Source of the DNA: Candidatus Nanohalarchaeota archaeon
GTDB taxonomy: Archaea; Nanohalarchaeota; Nanosalinia; Nanosalinales; JAFCCC01
DNA length: 33,751 bases
Reading direction: 5' to 3'
Assembly (NCBI GenBank): GCA_017610385.1
Contig: JAFCCC010000007.1
Coordinates: 1-33,751 of the forward strand
Every line of letters begins with the position of its first letter. Positions within the stretch are counted from its first letter, which is position 1. Position numbers and translations under genes: made by a program. Positions 17,524-26,133 of this stretch are shown here, piece by piece. A model generated the notes under the pieces. The model was not told the DNA's origin, searched no databases, and was given only the letters and a program-made list of their open reading frames with translations.

Positions 17524-19419
17524 AGAACTACATATGAAATCTCCTGTTTTTTTATGTCCATATAATTGACATAATTTTTTACTCATGGCTTTACTAGACC
17601 ATGCCCGACCAGAATAAATTTTCATTACAAAAGGAAGTTCTGAAGTAAGATACCATTTAACAGTACAGTATTCGTAGCCTGTAGGAGGACAAGAAACCTC
17701 ACAAGCGGTAGTTAAATTTTCAAAAAGTAATTCTTCCTTATTTTCAGTACAAACACCACAACAAGTATCATCAAGAGGACTACAAATTTCTCCGTCTAAT
17801 TTACATGCCGGCGGTTTATTTTCAATTGTTTTAGAAACACAATTTCCCATCTCACACAATTTATCTTGTGGACAAGTATAATTAATCCATTTTTCAACAG
17901 GGGCACTTTCGCAAATAGAATAAGAGGTATTATTTACACAAACTTTTTCGCCGACAGTGCAGATTAGTTCTTTTTTAGGACAAAATTCAAAGCTGTGTAA
18001 TTGACAAAGAGAATCCTGCAATAAATATATGCTAGTATTTACTACAATCATAAAACTTTCTAACAAAGAAACTCTATTCTCTAAATTTGAAATTTTTAAT
18101 TTTAAATCTTTTGTCTCAGTTTCTATCTGAGTAATAGTATCAGTTAATTGAAAAACAACATTTTCTAAATTTTGTAGTCTTTCATGTATTGAACCATTTA
18201 CACTCTTATTGTCATCTGGAACCTCCAACTTGGGGTTTAGGTTTTTCCCATTGATTAATCCATATCCATACAAATTATCACGATCTTTTTCTCCTAGATC
18301 TATTGCATCAGAGTCCATTAAATCTCTAATTTCTTGATTTGTTTTATTTGAATAGGCTTGTATGTAAAGTGCTGCTACAGCAGATACCTGGGGCGTAGCA
18401 GGACTAGTTCCACTCATATACCCATAAGTTGAGTTTAATTTAGTAGAATAAATGGAAGTTCCTGGTGCTGCAAATTCTATTTCAGCTCCTGCGCTAGAAA
18501 ATGTGGCAAGAGTATTCTCTTCATCAGTTGCAGAAACTGCAATTACCGCATCAAATGCCGCAGGATAATTTACTGTACTAAACTCTTTGGCTCCTTCGTT
18601 TCCTGCTGCTGCGACTAATAAAATTCCTTTAGAATACAAATCATTAACTGCATCTTCTAAAATTTCAGATTTTTCAGGAGTTCCAAAACTCATAGAAACA
18701 AGGTCTATGTGATGGTCTAAAGCCCATTGAAATGCAAGCAATACATCACTGAGATATCCTACACCATCTTGATTCAATACCTTTAGAGAATATATTTCAG
18801 CATCAGAAGCAATTCCTAACGTACCAATATTATTATTAGAAGCAGCAATAATTCCTGCCATGTGTGTACCATGACCATGATCATCTAAAGGAAATTCATG
18901 TTCGTGTACAAAATCATAACCTCCATAATAATTTTCAAAAAGGTCTTCATGGGAATAATCTATTCCTGTATCTAATATAGCAATTCTAACGCCGTTTCCC
19001 GTTAAATTGTATTGAAAAAGATCTGAACAGTAAATGTTCTTTAGGTTCCACGGAATTTTTTGAGTAGATGAATTTTCCTGAGCAAATAACGAAACTTGAA
19101 CATCATCCCCTACAAAATCCACAGACGCATCATGCTTTAAACGATCTAATTTAGATGAATTTATTACTACACTCACAAAATCTTTTTTAATTTCCTTTTT
19201 TATTTCTCCAGAATATTTTGCTACTATTTTAATTGGATCTGCTTTAATAGTCCTCCTAATTAAAAATCCCTTTTCAACATCCTTAAATTTAACTAAAACG
19301 CGTTTTGTTGAATTATTTATTTCTTGTGCTGATATGACATTAATAAGTAAAAAAAGAATTAAAAGTAAGCAAAAAATTTGGGGTAGTTTTTTTGGAATTC
19401 TCAAATCCACAAGATTCAC
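17512..19419 (-). CDS. Secreted S8 subtilisin-like protease with coiled-coil and Cys-rich C-terminal extension
   Basis: Signal peptide, propeptide, AILDTG / HGTH / AAAGN / SGTS.ATP catalytic motifs. Confidence 0.93.
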   Translation of the reverse strand: MNLVDLRIPKKLPQIFCLLLILFLLINVISAQEINNSTKRVLVKFKDVEKGFLIRRTIKADPIKIVAKYSGEIKKEIKKDFVSVVINSSKLDRLKHDASVDFVGDDVQVSLFAQENSSTQKIPWNLKNIYCSDLFQYNLTGNGVRIAILDTGIDYSHEDLFENYYGGYDFVHEHEFPLDDHGHGTHMAGIIAASNNNIGTLGIASDAEIYSLKVLNQDGVGYLSDVLLAFQWALDHHIDLVSMSFGTPEKSEILEDAVNDLYSKGILLVAAAGNEGAKEFSTVNYPAAFDAVIAVSATDEENTLATFSSAGAEIEFAAPGTSIYSTKLNSTYGYMSGTSPATPQVSAVAALYIQAYSNKTNQEIRDLMDSDAIDLGEKDRDNLYGYGLINGKNLNPKLEVPDDNKSVNGSIHERLQNLENVVFQLTDTITQIETETKDLKLKISNLENRVSLLESFMIVVNTSIYLLQDSLCQLHSFEFCPKKELICTVGEKVCVNNTSYSICESAPVEKWINYTCPQDKLCEMGNCVSKTIENKPPACKLDGEICSPLDDTCCGVCTENKEELLFENLTTACEVSCPPTGYEYCTVKWYLTSELPFVMKIYSGRAWSSKAMSKKLCQLYGHKKTGDFICSSLSE

Positions 19420-19598
19420 CTTATATTTTTCCCAAGCCCCACATAAAATTAGAATAAATCATATATTAAAATTTGCTAATTTTTTAAAGAATAATATAAA
19501 GAATATTAGATAGGCATATAAAAATGACTGTGAAATAGAAAGTAAGCTTATATACTCAATAGATAAGATTTACTACTAGTAAGTTACCGAGGAATATA

Positions 19599-21029
19599 AT
19601 GCAACTTAAATTTCATGATCCACATTTTGAAAAAGATAAAGAAGAGTGGGAAAAACTAATTCTAACAGGAAATATAGAACTTGCAAAGAAAATATATTGG
19701 GAAAAATTGTATCCTACTGTAGAAAAAAGATTTTTGAAAAGAATGAAAAACCGCAAAGTTTCAGAATATGATGTATTGATTATTCCTATGGGAATGGCAG
19801 CACAATATTATATTCTACAAATTAAAGCGCTAAATCCTAAAAAAGTGTATTTTCTGTCGACTCCTGAAACAGAAAAAGAATATTTAGGAAAGATCATTGA
19901 AATGACTAACTTGCAACCGTCTCAATATCACAAAGAATTATTTGATTACGCCACGATTAATGCACCCGAGGCGTATGATGCGATTAAAAAAATAGTCAAA
20001 ACTAACAAAGGCAAAAAAATTGCAGTGGATATCACTCGTGGAAAAAGAAGCATGATTGCTGGAGCGTCCTTGGTAGGAGAATTCTTCGATTGTGATATTA
20101 TTTATGTATACAAAGGTTGGCTGCCAAATCTCAGATTAGGGGACCCCGGAACAGAAGATTTAGTTATTTTGGATAGTTCATTGTATTTATTTGGAGATTT
20201 GGAAAATAATTACGCCATACAATTATTCAATAACTATGAATATACGTCTGCAAGTGCCTTATTTGCAGTTTTAAAGAATAGGTCTCGGGATCCACGAATT
20301 TTTGAGATTAAAAACCTAATTAGTGATGCTTATGCGTATTGGGATTCCTTTAATTACAAAGCAGCAGGTAGAAAAATAGAAGAATCACTTAAAAAAATTA
20401 ATCAATATAAACTGCAAATTTATCCAGATCCCAAATTAAACTTAAATTTAAAGGTTCTGAAGGTTTTAGGTGACCTGCAAGGCACTAAAAAAACTTTCGA
20501 AGTGATAAAAAATGTACACTTAGTATCTCATTTAATCAGTGATTTGTACTGCAATGCCAGAAGAAGGGAAAAACAAGGGCGATTTGAAGATGCTGTATCT
20601 CGATACTATAGAATTATTGAATTAATCGCTCAAAATAGGCTTGCTTTAAGAGGAATTAGTACTGGAAATCCAGATTTTACAAAGATAGCGCCATATTTAA
20701 AGGAATTTAAAAAAACTGCTGAACAAGTTTATGTACAGGTTAAGTCTTTTCCAAGTAAAATTCCATTAATGGACGCTCAAGTCCTTTTGTATGTAATGAA
20801 AGACGATTTGTGGGAGGCGTCTACTCTTTCTTCTCTAAAAAAATTATATGAAACTATACTTCTAAGAGACACGTCTTTAATAGCTCACGGAATTAGAAGA
20901 ATAGATCGAAAAACATTTCTTAAGTTCGAAGATGTAACTAAAAAATTTATTTATACATTCTTTGAATTAAATAATTTTAAATTTGGAAATTTTTTGCAAG
21001 AACATAGACACATTTCCTTAGATGATTAG
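19599..21029 (+). CDS. CARF-HEPN protein, TIGR02710 (Csm6-like) family
   Basis: Rossmann strands LIIPMG / P.KVYFL.T / IAVDITRGKRSM; LFN.Y.Y..A; A...WD.F....A; NA.RR...G...DAV.R.YR.IE...Q; HEPN-like RDTSLIAHG. Confidence 0.85.
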   Translation: MQLKFHDPHFEKDKEEWEKLILTGNIELAKKIYWEKLYPTVEKRFLKRMKNRKVSEYDVLIIPMGMAAQYYILQIKALNPKKVYFLSTPETEKEYLGKIIEMTNLQPSQYHKELFDYATINAPEAYDAIKKIVKTNKGKKIAVDITRGKRSMIAGASLVGEFFDCDIIYVYKGWLPNLRLGDPGTEDLVILDSSLYLFGDLENNYAIQLFNNYEYTSASALFAVLKNRSRDPRIFEIKNLISDAYAYWDSFNYKAAGRKIEESLKKINQYKLQIYPDPKLNLNLKVLKVLGDLQGTKKTFEVIKNVHLVSHLISDLYCNARRREKQGRFEDAVSRYYRIIELIAQNRLALRGISTGNPDFTKIAPYLKEFKKTAEQVYVQVKSFPSKIPLMDAQVLLYVMKDDLWEASTLSSLKKLYETILLRDTSLIAHGIRRIDRKTFLKFEDVTKKFIYTFFELNNFKFGNFLQEHRHISLDD

Positions 21030-21095
21030 AAAAGAATTGGGGGTACTCTTAAATACATTAACTTTAATCGTTATTATGAAGTAGTAAAGATTAAA

Positions 21096-23192
21096 ATGTC
21101 GTACTTGCCTGAGGAAACCACACATTTGGGAATGGTTTATCGATTAGCGCAGATAATTGATTATCAGAGTAGGGGCAATGCAAGAACATATCTTAAAGGA
21201 AGCGAAGCGATTCGTGTTATGACAGATGGCTCTTCTGGAGATTTCAGTCATAGGGGCGATCCTACAACAGTAGATCCAGAATTAATTTCTGATATAGACA
21301 TTACAGTATTAGACGCGCCGACAGATAAGCGAGACATACTACCTGGTGCAGAATTCTTAGCTTCATGTATGTATGAACAACACATTAGACAAATGAATCA
21401 GGAAAGAGTTTATCCGCAAAAATTTGAACGTAGATCCGATCTTCCTTTAATGTCTGCTTTGGTTTATGCTCCAGGGTCTGGCTGTGAAAGAGTTTGGGAG
21501 TTTGAACTTTTAAAGGGGGGTTCAAAAGCATTAAAAAGAGCAATGCATGGGAAAGGATTTTTAAGATCTACAACAATGCTTAATTTGGTTAATGGAGAAA
21601 TAGTGGGCTTACCAGGATACAAAGAAGATTTAAAGAAAGGTATACTCAGAGCAATTCATCTAGAACTGCTTGATGAAATACCACACTATAACGTATGGGA
21701 ACTAAGAAATGAAATTAAAAGTGGCAATGGAGATTTAATTTTTGAGGGATTTCCTAGACCCGATCATCCTTATTTAGATCCAATGTCAGTAAAAGCATTT
21801 TATGAACATTTATTGGGTGTTGCAAAATTACCACATGTAGCACAATACATTTTATCAAGAGAGGTATTAACCTTGGATCCTAAAACCAATAAATTATTTG
21901 AAGAAATTCAGAAAAGACTGGGAACGCCATATAGTCCAGAATATCTTCTTGATGACGTGTCTCTAAGAGCTTCTTGCGGAGCACGTATTAAGAAATCACA
22001 TATGACCGCACGACATACGGTAAGAGCATATTGTCAACTTACAAATTCCGTATTTTCCAAAGATTTTGGACCAGTATTTGACTTAGCAGGGGTATATGAA
22101 AATTTAGGCGATGAAAATGCTGGTTTGGATTTAAAAACTAAGTCGATTATTGCCTTTGAACACTATATGAATCAGGATCCTCAAGAAAGACATCTTGCAC
22201 TAACATATGCTATCCCTCTATTTTATGCATATAGGTATGCAAAAAAAACAAGTGAAGAGCAAATTAGTAGGCGTCTTAGAGAGTTAGAGGAGGAATATGG
22301 TGATGAAGAATTAAAAAATTTGGTAGATTCGTCAGAACTGGATCATGTTGGAAAACAATTAGAAAATTTAAAGGAGGAGTTAGAAAGGGATGTTCATAGA
22401 AAACGTGTGGAACTCATAAAAGGCTGTGCGAGAAAATATATAAACAGAAAAGATCATGAAAAAGAAGTATCTCTTCTTTTATCTCTTGCGGAAAAGTATT
22501 ATGACAAGTTTATGGATGAAACCCCCATAAATTCTTTAGATATTGCAAATGTTGCTGCAGATATGGCAACGAGTTTAGAAAAAACAAGATTGGCACCAGT
22601 TCATCTTTTAGATCTTTATGATGCAATATGGACCAGCGAAGGAAGCTATGCAAATGAAGTTCTGTTAAACGGCAGATCTATTGAACAAATATTACATGAT
22701 ACTGAGCCACTCATAGGACTTCCAAGTATCTTAAATCCTTTTTTTGTTCCTCCTAAAGGCGTTTCTCCAAAACAAAGAGCAATAGAAACTGCAACAAAGA
22801 ATAATTGGCTAAATGCACTTGAGACCACTCAAAAACCAGTAGTAACGGCAGGAACGGTATTGGGAGAACTCAATGAATATGCAAAACGTGTCCTGATACC
22901 ACAAATAAGAGAAAATGGAGATCATTTAAAGAGGAATACCTTTACGAGACCGGTTCGAGACGTCTTCTTTAGAGAATTATTACGAAGACAGACTTCTGGA
23001 GAAATTACCACCGGACCCGACGCATTACAACTGTTGGTCAATATGACTAAAAAGTTAAATGTTGCTCAAATGCTATTACCGGTTTTCAGGGGAGATAAAA
23101 TAGATTTAAAACCATTAGAAAATACATTGAGCAAAGTAGAACCAATAGATGCCACATTTCGAAATGGCGCAGACAAACATACAATTGAATAA
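21096..23192 (+). CDS. Highly divergent class II (CCA-adding/poly(A) polymerase-like) nucleotidyltransferase
   Basis: YLKGS...SDIDITV (motif A), GEIVGLPGYKEDLKKGILRAI (motif C), C-terminal PVVTAG...Q.SGEITT..DAL tail typical of class II CCA enzymes. Confidence 0.65.
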   Translation: MSYLPEETTHLGMVYRLAQIIDYQSRGNARTYLKGSEAIRVMTDGSSGDFSHRGDPTTVDPELISDIDITVLDAPTDKRDILPGAEFLASCMYEQHIRQMNQERVYPQKFERRSDLPLMSALVYAPGSGCERVWEFELLKGGSKALKRAMHGKGFLRSTTMLNLVNGEIVGLPGYKEDLKKGILRAIHLELLDEIPHYNVWELRNEIKSGNGDLIFEGFPRPDHPYLDPMSVKAFYEHLLGVAKLPHVAQYILSREVLTLDPKTNKLFEEIQKRLGTPYSPEYLLDDVSLRASCGARIKKSHMTARHTVRAYCQLTNSVFSKDFGPVFDLAGVYENLGDENAGLDLKTKSIIAFEHYMNQDPQERHLALTYAIPLFYAYRYAKKTSEEQISRRLRELEEEYGDEELKNLVDSSELDHVGKQLENLKEELERDVHRKRVELIKGCARKYINRKDHEKEVSLLLSLAEKYYDKFMDETPINSLDIANVAADMATSLEKTRLAPVHLLDLYDAIWTSEGSYANEVLLNGRSIEQILHDTEPLIGLPSILNPFFVPPKGVSPKQRAIETATKNNWLNALETTQKPVVTAGTVLGELNEYAKRVLIPQIRENGDHLKRNTFTRPVRDVFFRELLRRQTSGEITTGPDALQLLVNMTKKLNVAQMLLPVFRGDKIDLKPLENTLSKVEPIDATFRNGADKHTIE

Positions 23193-23262
23193 AAGAAACA
23201 CAAATAATTGAATTAATTTAAATTAAGTAAGTTTGAAATATAATTTAGAACAAAGTTATAAT

Positions 23263-23484
23263 ATGACTGTTATTTTGTACATTTTAACTGCAATGATTTT
23301 CTATGATTTTTCTCTACATTTTTTAAGACTTATTTTGGGTTTAGAGCAAGCAAGAAAATTAAAATTTTATTGGCCTATTTTTCTTATAGGAAATCAAAAA
23401 AGGTATGAAATATTCTGGACGATTTATTGGGGAACTGCCTTTATTTTAACAATAAGTTATATTATTGTACAAACTAAGAGTTGA
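23263..23484 (+). CDS. Small membrane protein
   Basis: Two hydrophobic helices; ATG 23263 preferred over TTG 23233. Confidence 0.6.
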   Translation: MTVILYILTAMIFYDFSLHFLRLILGLEQARKLKFYWPIFLIGNQKRYEIFWTIYWGTAFILTISYIIVQTKS

Positions 23485-23519
23485 GTATTTAAACTTCGTG
23501 TTTAAACTTAAGAAAAGAG

Positions 23520-23757
23520 GGGGGTATGGGGTAATGGCATCCTTACCGGCTCCAGAGAATAGATAGCTCCGTTAACACGATAATGTGTCGCTCTATGCAC
23601 GAGCACATATAATCTTGTTCAGAGTGAAGTGAGTTGTTTACAACTCGCTGTGTTGATTAAGCTGACTGCAGCTTATTTGGAGCGATGAGTCCGTAGGACA
23701 ATGACTTAATACTTATGAAGACACCGGTCGATCCCGGTTCAAATCCGGGTGTCCCCA
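23520..23757 (+). tRNA. tRNA-Trp(CCA) with 167-nt intron at 37/38 (23556-23722)
   Basis: Acceptor GGGGGTA/TGTCCCC, anticodon arm ACCGG-CTCCAG|A-CCGGT, T arm CCCGG-TTCAAAT-CCGGG. Confidence 0.92.
23650..23688 (+). ncRNA. Intron-encoded C/D-type guide predicted for Cm34 of tRNA-Trp
   Basis: TTTGGAGC (23676-23683) pairs with GCTCCAGA (23549-23556); ATGA D-box variant at 23685; N+5 base pairs with C34; C-like GTGTTGA at 23650. Confidence 0.6.
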
Positions 23758-23796
23758 AACACATTATTTTTTAATCAGTAGAACAAAATACTATTT

Positions 23797-24534
23797 ATGA
23801 TTCCAAAAGTTCTTAGTGATTCAATGGGTTTCTTATGCAAGCATCCGGGATTTTTTATTCCTAGATTAATTGATTCTACAAATTGGAGTTTTATATTGTA
23901 CTTTTGGTTAAGACAAATTTTCAATCTTACAACCAATCATCAAATACAACACCTTTATTCTATTTTACTTGTTTTACCAATAGCATTTTTGTTTTGGCAA
24001 ATTACGATTATTATCAATAGCATGTATCCTGTTTTAGTCAAGCAATTTAGAGTAAATGGCTTATTAAAAATGAAACAGGCATTTCAAGAAGCATTGTACA
24101 AATACCCTCATGCATTTGTAGGAAATGCGTTGCCTATAGTGATAATGGCTCTTTGTTCACTTCCTTTTGGAGGATTAGCAATTTGGGGATATCTTGGAGG
24201 CATTAAAATTCTATTATACGTTGGAAGTATATTGGTTGCCGTTGTTGCCATAATTGGAAGTATTATTTTCTTTTTTTCGCCAACTGCAGTAATTTTAGAA
24301 AAAGGCAATCCACTCAATGCAATAAAGCATGGGATAAAATTATGTAAATCAAATTTAAAGGAAGTCACATTTTTCACAATATTTTCATTCTTGGTTTTGT
24401 CATTAGCAATAAGATTTGGTGGAACCTTACAAGAATATGGAATTGTTGGATTTTTTTTAAGCAGATATTTGGGTGCTATTATCCTAACCTACACCTCTGT
24501 AATAAATCCTAATATTTACATAGAATTAAAATAA
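23797..24534 (+). CDS. Multi-pass membrane protein
   Basis: About 6 TM helices with the FF.P.AVILE......AIK.G..L.K.N pattern of archaeal membrane hypotheticals. Confidence 0.75.
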   Translation: MIPKVLSDSMGFLCKHPGFFIPRLIDSTNWSFILYFWLRQIFNLTTNHQIQHLYSILLVLPIAFLFWQITIIINSMYPVLVKQFRVNGLLKMKQAFQEALYKYPHAFVGNALPIVIMALCSLPFGGLAIWGYLGGIKILLYVGSILVAVVAIIGSIIFFFSPTAVILEKGNPLNAIKHGIKLCKSNLKEVTFFTIFSFLVLSLAIRFGGTLQEYGIVGFFLSRYLGAIILTYTSVINPNIYIELK

Positions 24535-24679
24535 TGCCGAGGGCGAGACTCGGACTCGCGACCTCCACGTATCTCAACATAAATCATGGAAAACGTGAGT
24601 TTTCTCATTACTCACAAAGATACGTTTATGAGCTTCGCCTAAGATTATGTGGCGCTCTAACCAACTGAGCTACCTCGGC
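24535..24679 (-). tRNA. Elongator tRNA-Met(CAT) with two introns: 30/31 (24634-24648, 15 nt) and 37/38 (24571-24626, 56 nt)
   Basis: Spliced: GCCGAGG TA GCTC AGTTGGTTA GAGC G CCACG CTCATAA CGTGG AGGTC GCGAG TCCGAGT CTCGC CCTCGGC A; both introns form BHB motifs. Confidence 0.9.
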
Positions 24680-24737
24680 ATGATCTATCAAACTTTCCGT
24701 AGAATACTATTTAAAAGTGTAATCTGTTTTCTAATAT

Positions 24738-25004
24738 ATGGTAAAAATGAAAAATGGAACAAAGTCTACAATTTGTGTTTATTGCGGAAAAACTGCCACC
24801 AGAATGAACAAATGGAAACAACCCGTTTGTAGCGAACATGTAATCAAAGGAGAGAAAAAAAGAGATTGCCCAGAATGTGGCGCAACTATGGTTTTACGCA
24901 AAGGAAAATTTGGTTATTTTTGGGGTTGTTCTGCATTTCCCAATTGTGATAAAACACTTTCCATACAACAAGAGTTAGATTTAGACAAAGATAAAAAAGA
25001 GTAG
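24738..25004 (+). CDS. Stand-alone topoisomerase-type C4 zinc-finger protein
   Basis: CPECGATMVLRKGKFGYFWGCSAFPNC plus N-terminal CxxC...CxxH. Confidence 0.85.
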   Translation: MVKMKNGTKSTICVYCGKTATRMNKWKQPVCSEHVIKGEKKRDCPECGATMVLRKGKFGYFWGCSAFPNCDKTLSIQQELDLDKDKKE

Positions 25005-25022
25005 CTGTATTAAAGTTAATGT

Positions 25023-25109
25023 GGGCCTGTGGCTTAATTGGATAGAGCAGCTGGCTTCGGCCTTTTGGGAGTTACCAGCAGGTTGGGGGTTCGAGTCCCT
25101 CCAGGCTCA
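25023..25109 (+). tRNA. tRNA-Arg(TCG) with 13-nt intron at 37/38 (25061-25073)
   Basis: Acceptor GGGCCTG/CAGGCTC, anticodon arm GCTGG-CTTCGG|A-CCAGC, BHB helix CTTC/GGAG, T loop TTCGAGT. Confidence 0.92.
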
Positions 25110-25172
25110 CTTTTTTAAATCAGGCAAAGTATTAGTGCATTTTATTTAAACATATGAACAGAAGTTTGTTGT

Positions 25173-25496
25173 ATGCAAGAAGTAATTCAAATGCTTCCCG
25201 CGCACTTGAAAATAGGTATTATAGCAAGTATTGGCTCAGCAGTATTAATTATTGCGGCAGGAATTTTCTTATTAAATTACTATAAAAATTTCTTTATTGG
25301 GGAAAACCCTAAAGAATGGAAATTAGCTGCTTTTGGTCTAATTCTTTATGGTTTATTCGTACCTATAGACATTGCGACTATTTTAATACTTTCTGAGAAA
25401 TATTTGTTTTTATTGTGTTTAGCACAACTAGTTGGTCCGTTAGTGATTCTGTTTGGTTTCTTAAAGGCATTTAGATCCAGAGAGGGCATAATATGA
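25173..25496 (+). CDS. Small 3-TM membrane protein
   Basis: Three hydrophobic helices, YYK.F..G...P.EWK motif. Confidence 0.7.
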   Translation: MQEVIQMLPAHLKIGIIASIGSAVLIIAAGIFLLNYYKNFFIGENPKEWKLAAFGLILYGLFVPIDIATILILSEKYLFLLCLAQLVGPLVILFGFLKAFRSREGII

Positions 25497-25789
25497 TTTC
25501 TCTAGCACTTTTAATTCCAAATATTGTTCTAATTACGCTTTTTGCAATTGATGGGCTTTTAATCTATAAATACTATAAAAGATTTTACGAAGGCCCAAAA
25601 CTGCCGTCAGAATGGAAAATTTTAATCTTAAGTTTAATCTTATTTCCACTATTAAGTAAAATCTCTGTTTTAATATTACGAACAAATCCCAGTACAAATT
25701 TGGTTGTGTTTTTATATGTAATTCCACTACTTACTGCAATGGTTTTAAGCAGTAGTACCTTAATTCTATGGAAAAAACACAAGTTATAA
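25493..25789 (+). CDS. Small 3-TM membrane protein, paralogue of the upstream gene
   Basis: ATGA overlap; same YYK.F..G...P.EWK motif. Confidence 0.7.
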   Translation: MISLALLIPNIVLITLFAIDGLLIYKYYKRFYEGPKLPSEWKILILSLILFPLLSKISVLILRTNPSTNLVVFLYVIPLLTAMVLSSSTLILWKKHKL

Positions 25790-25803
25790 TACTCTATAAG
25801 TAA

Positions 25804-26133
25804 GTGATAATGATGACCAAAACAGATACTCTAACAAATTTAGTAAAAGAACGAATTGAAATTTTGTTTGATGAGGCTGAGAAAGCATTTAAAACGCACC
25901 CAGAACGATCAAATCGTTATGTAGAACTTGCTCGCATATTATCTATGAAAATCAATTACAAATTACCAAAAGAAATCAAAATGAGGTTTTGCAAATTTTG
26001 CTATGCGTATCTTGTTCCTGGAGCCAATTGTAAAATTAGATTAAATTCGAATAAAAAAGTAAAGACTATTCAATGTGAGGTGTGTGGTAAAACTAGAAGA
26101 ATTCCTTATTCTCAAAGAAATTCACCAAAGTAA
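25804..26133 (+). CDS. rnp4: Ribonuclease P protein component 4 (Rpp21)
   Basis: ERI.ILF..A, RYV.LAR..S.K, FCKFC...LVPG.N..IR, C..CG..RR.P. Confidence 0.95.
   Translation: MIMMTKTDTLTNLVKERIEILFDEAEKAFKTHPERSNRYVELARILSMKINYKLPKEIKMRFCKFCYAYLVPGANCKIRLNSNKKVKTIQCEVCGKTRRIPYSQRNSPK

Noticed and set aside
19420-23260. CRISPR array or cas operon near the CARF gene
   Set aside because: No repeat-spacer periodicity or cas motifs seen anywhere in the window.
23683-23704. Hammerhead-ribozyme-like CGATGA-GTCC-GTA-GGAC in the tRNA-Trp intron
   Set aside because: Core is CGAUGA not CUGAUGA and the required GAAA after stem II is absent; better explained as a D box plus hairpin.
24535-24679. CAT-anticodon tRNA as initiator Met or Ile2
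   Set aside because: G1-C72 GCCGAGG acceptor and the 37/38 intron fit elongator Met; it lacks the initiator A1-U72 pair and GGG/CCC anticodon stem.
24647-24832. 61-aa ORF
   Set aside because: Overlaps tRNA-Met antisense and the zinc-finger gene in another frame.
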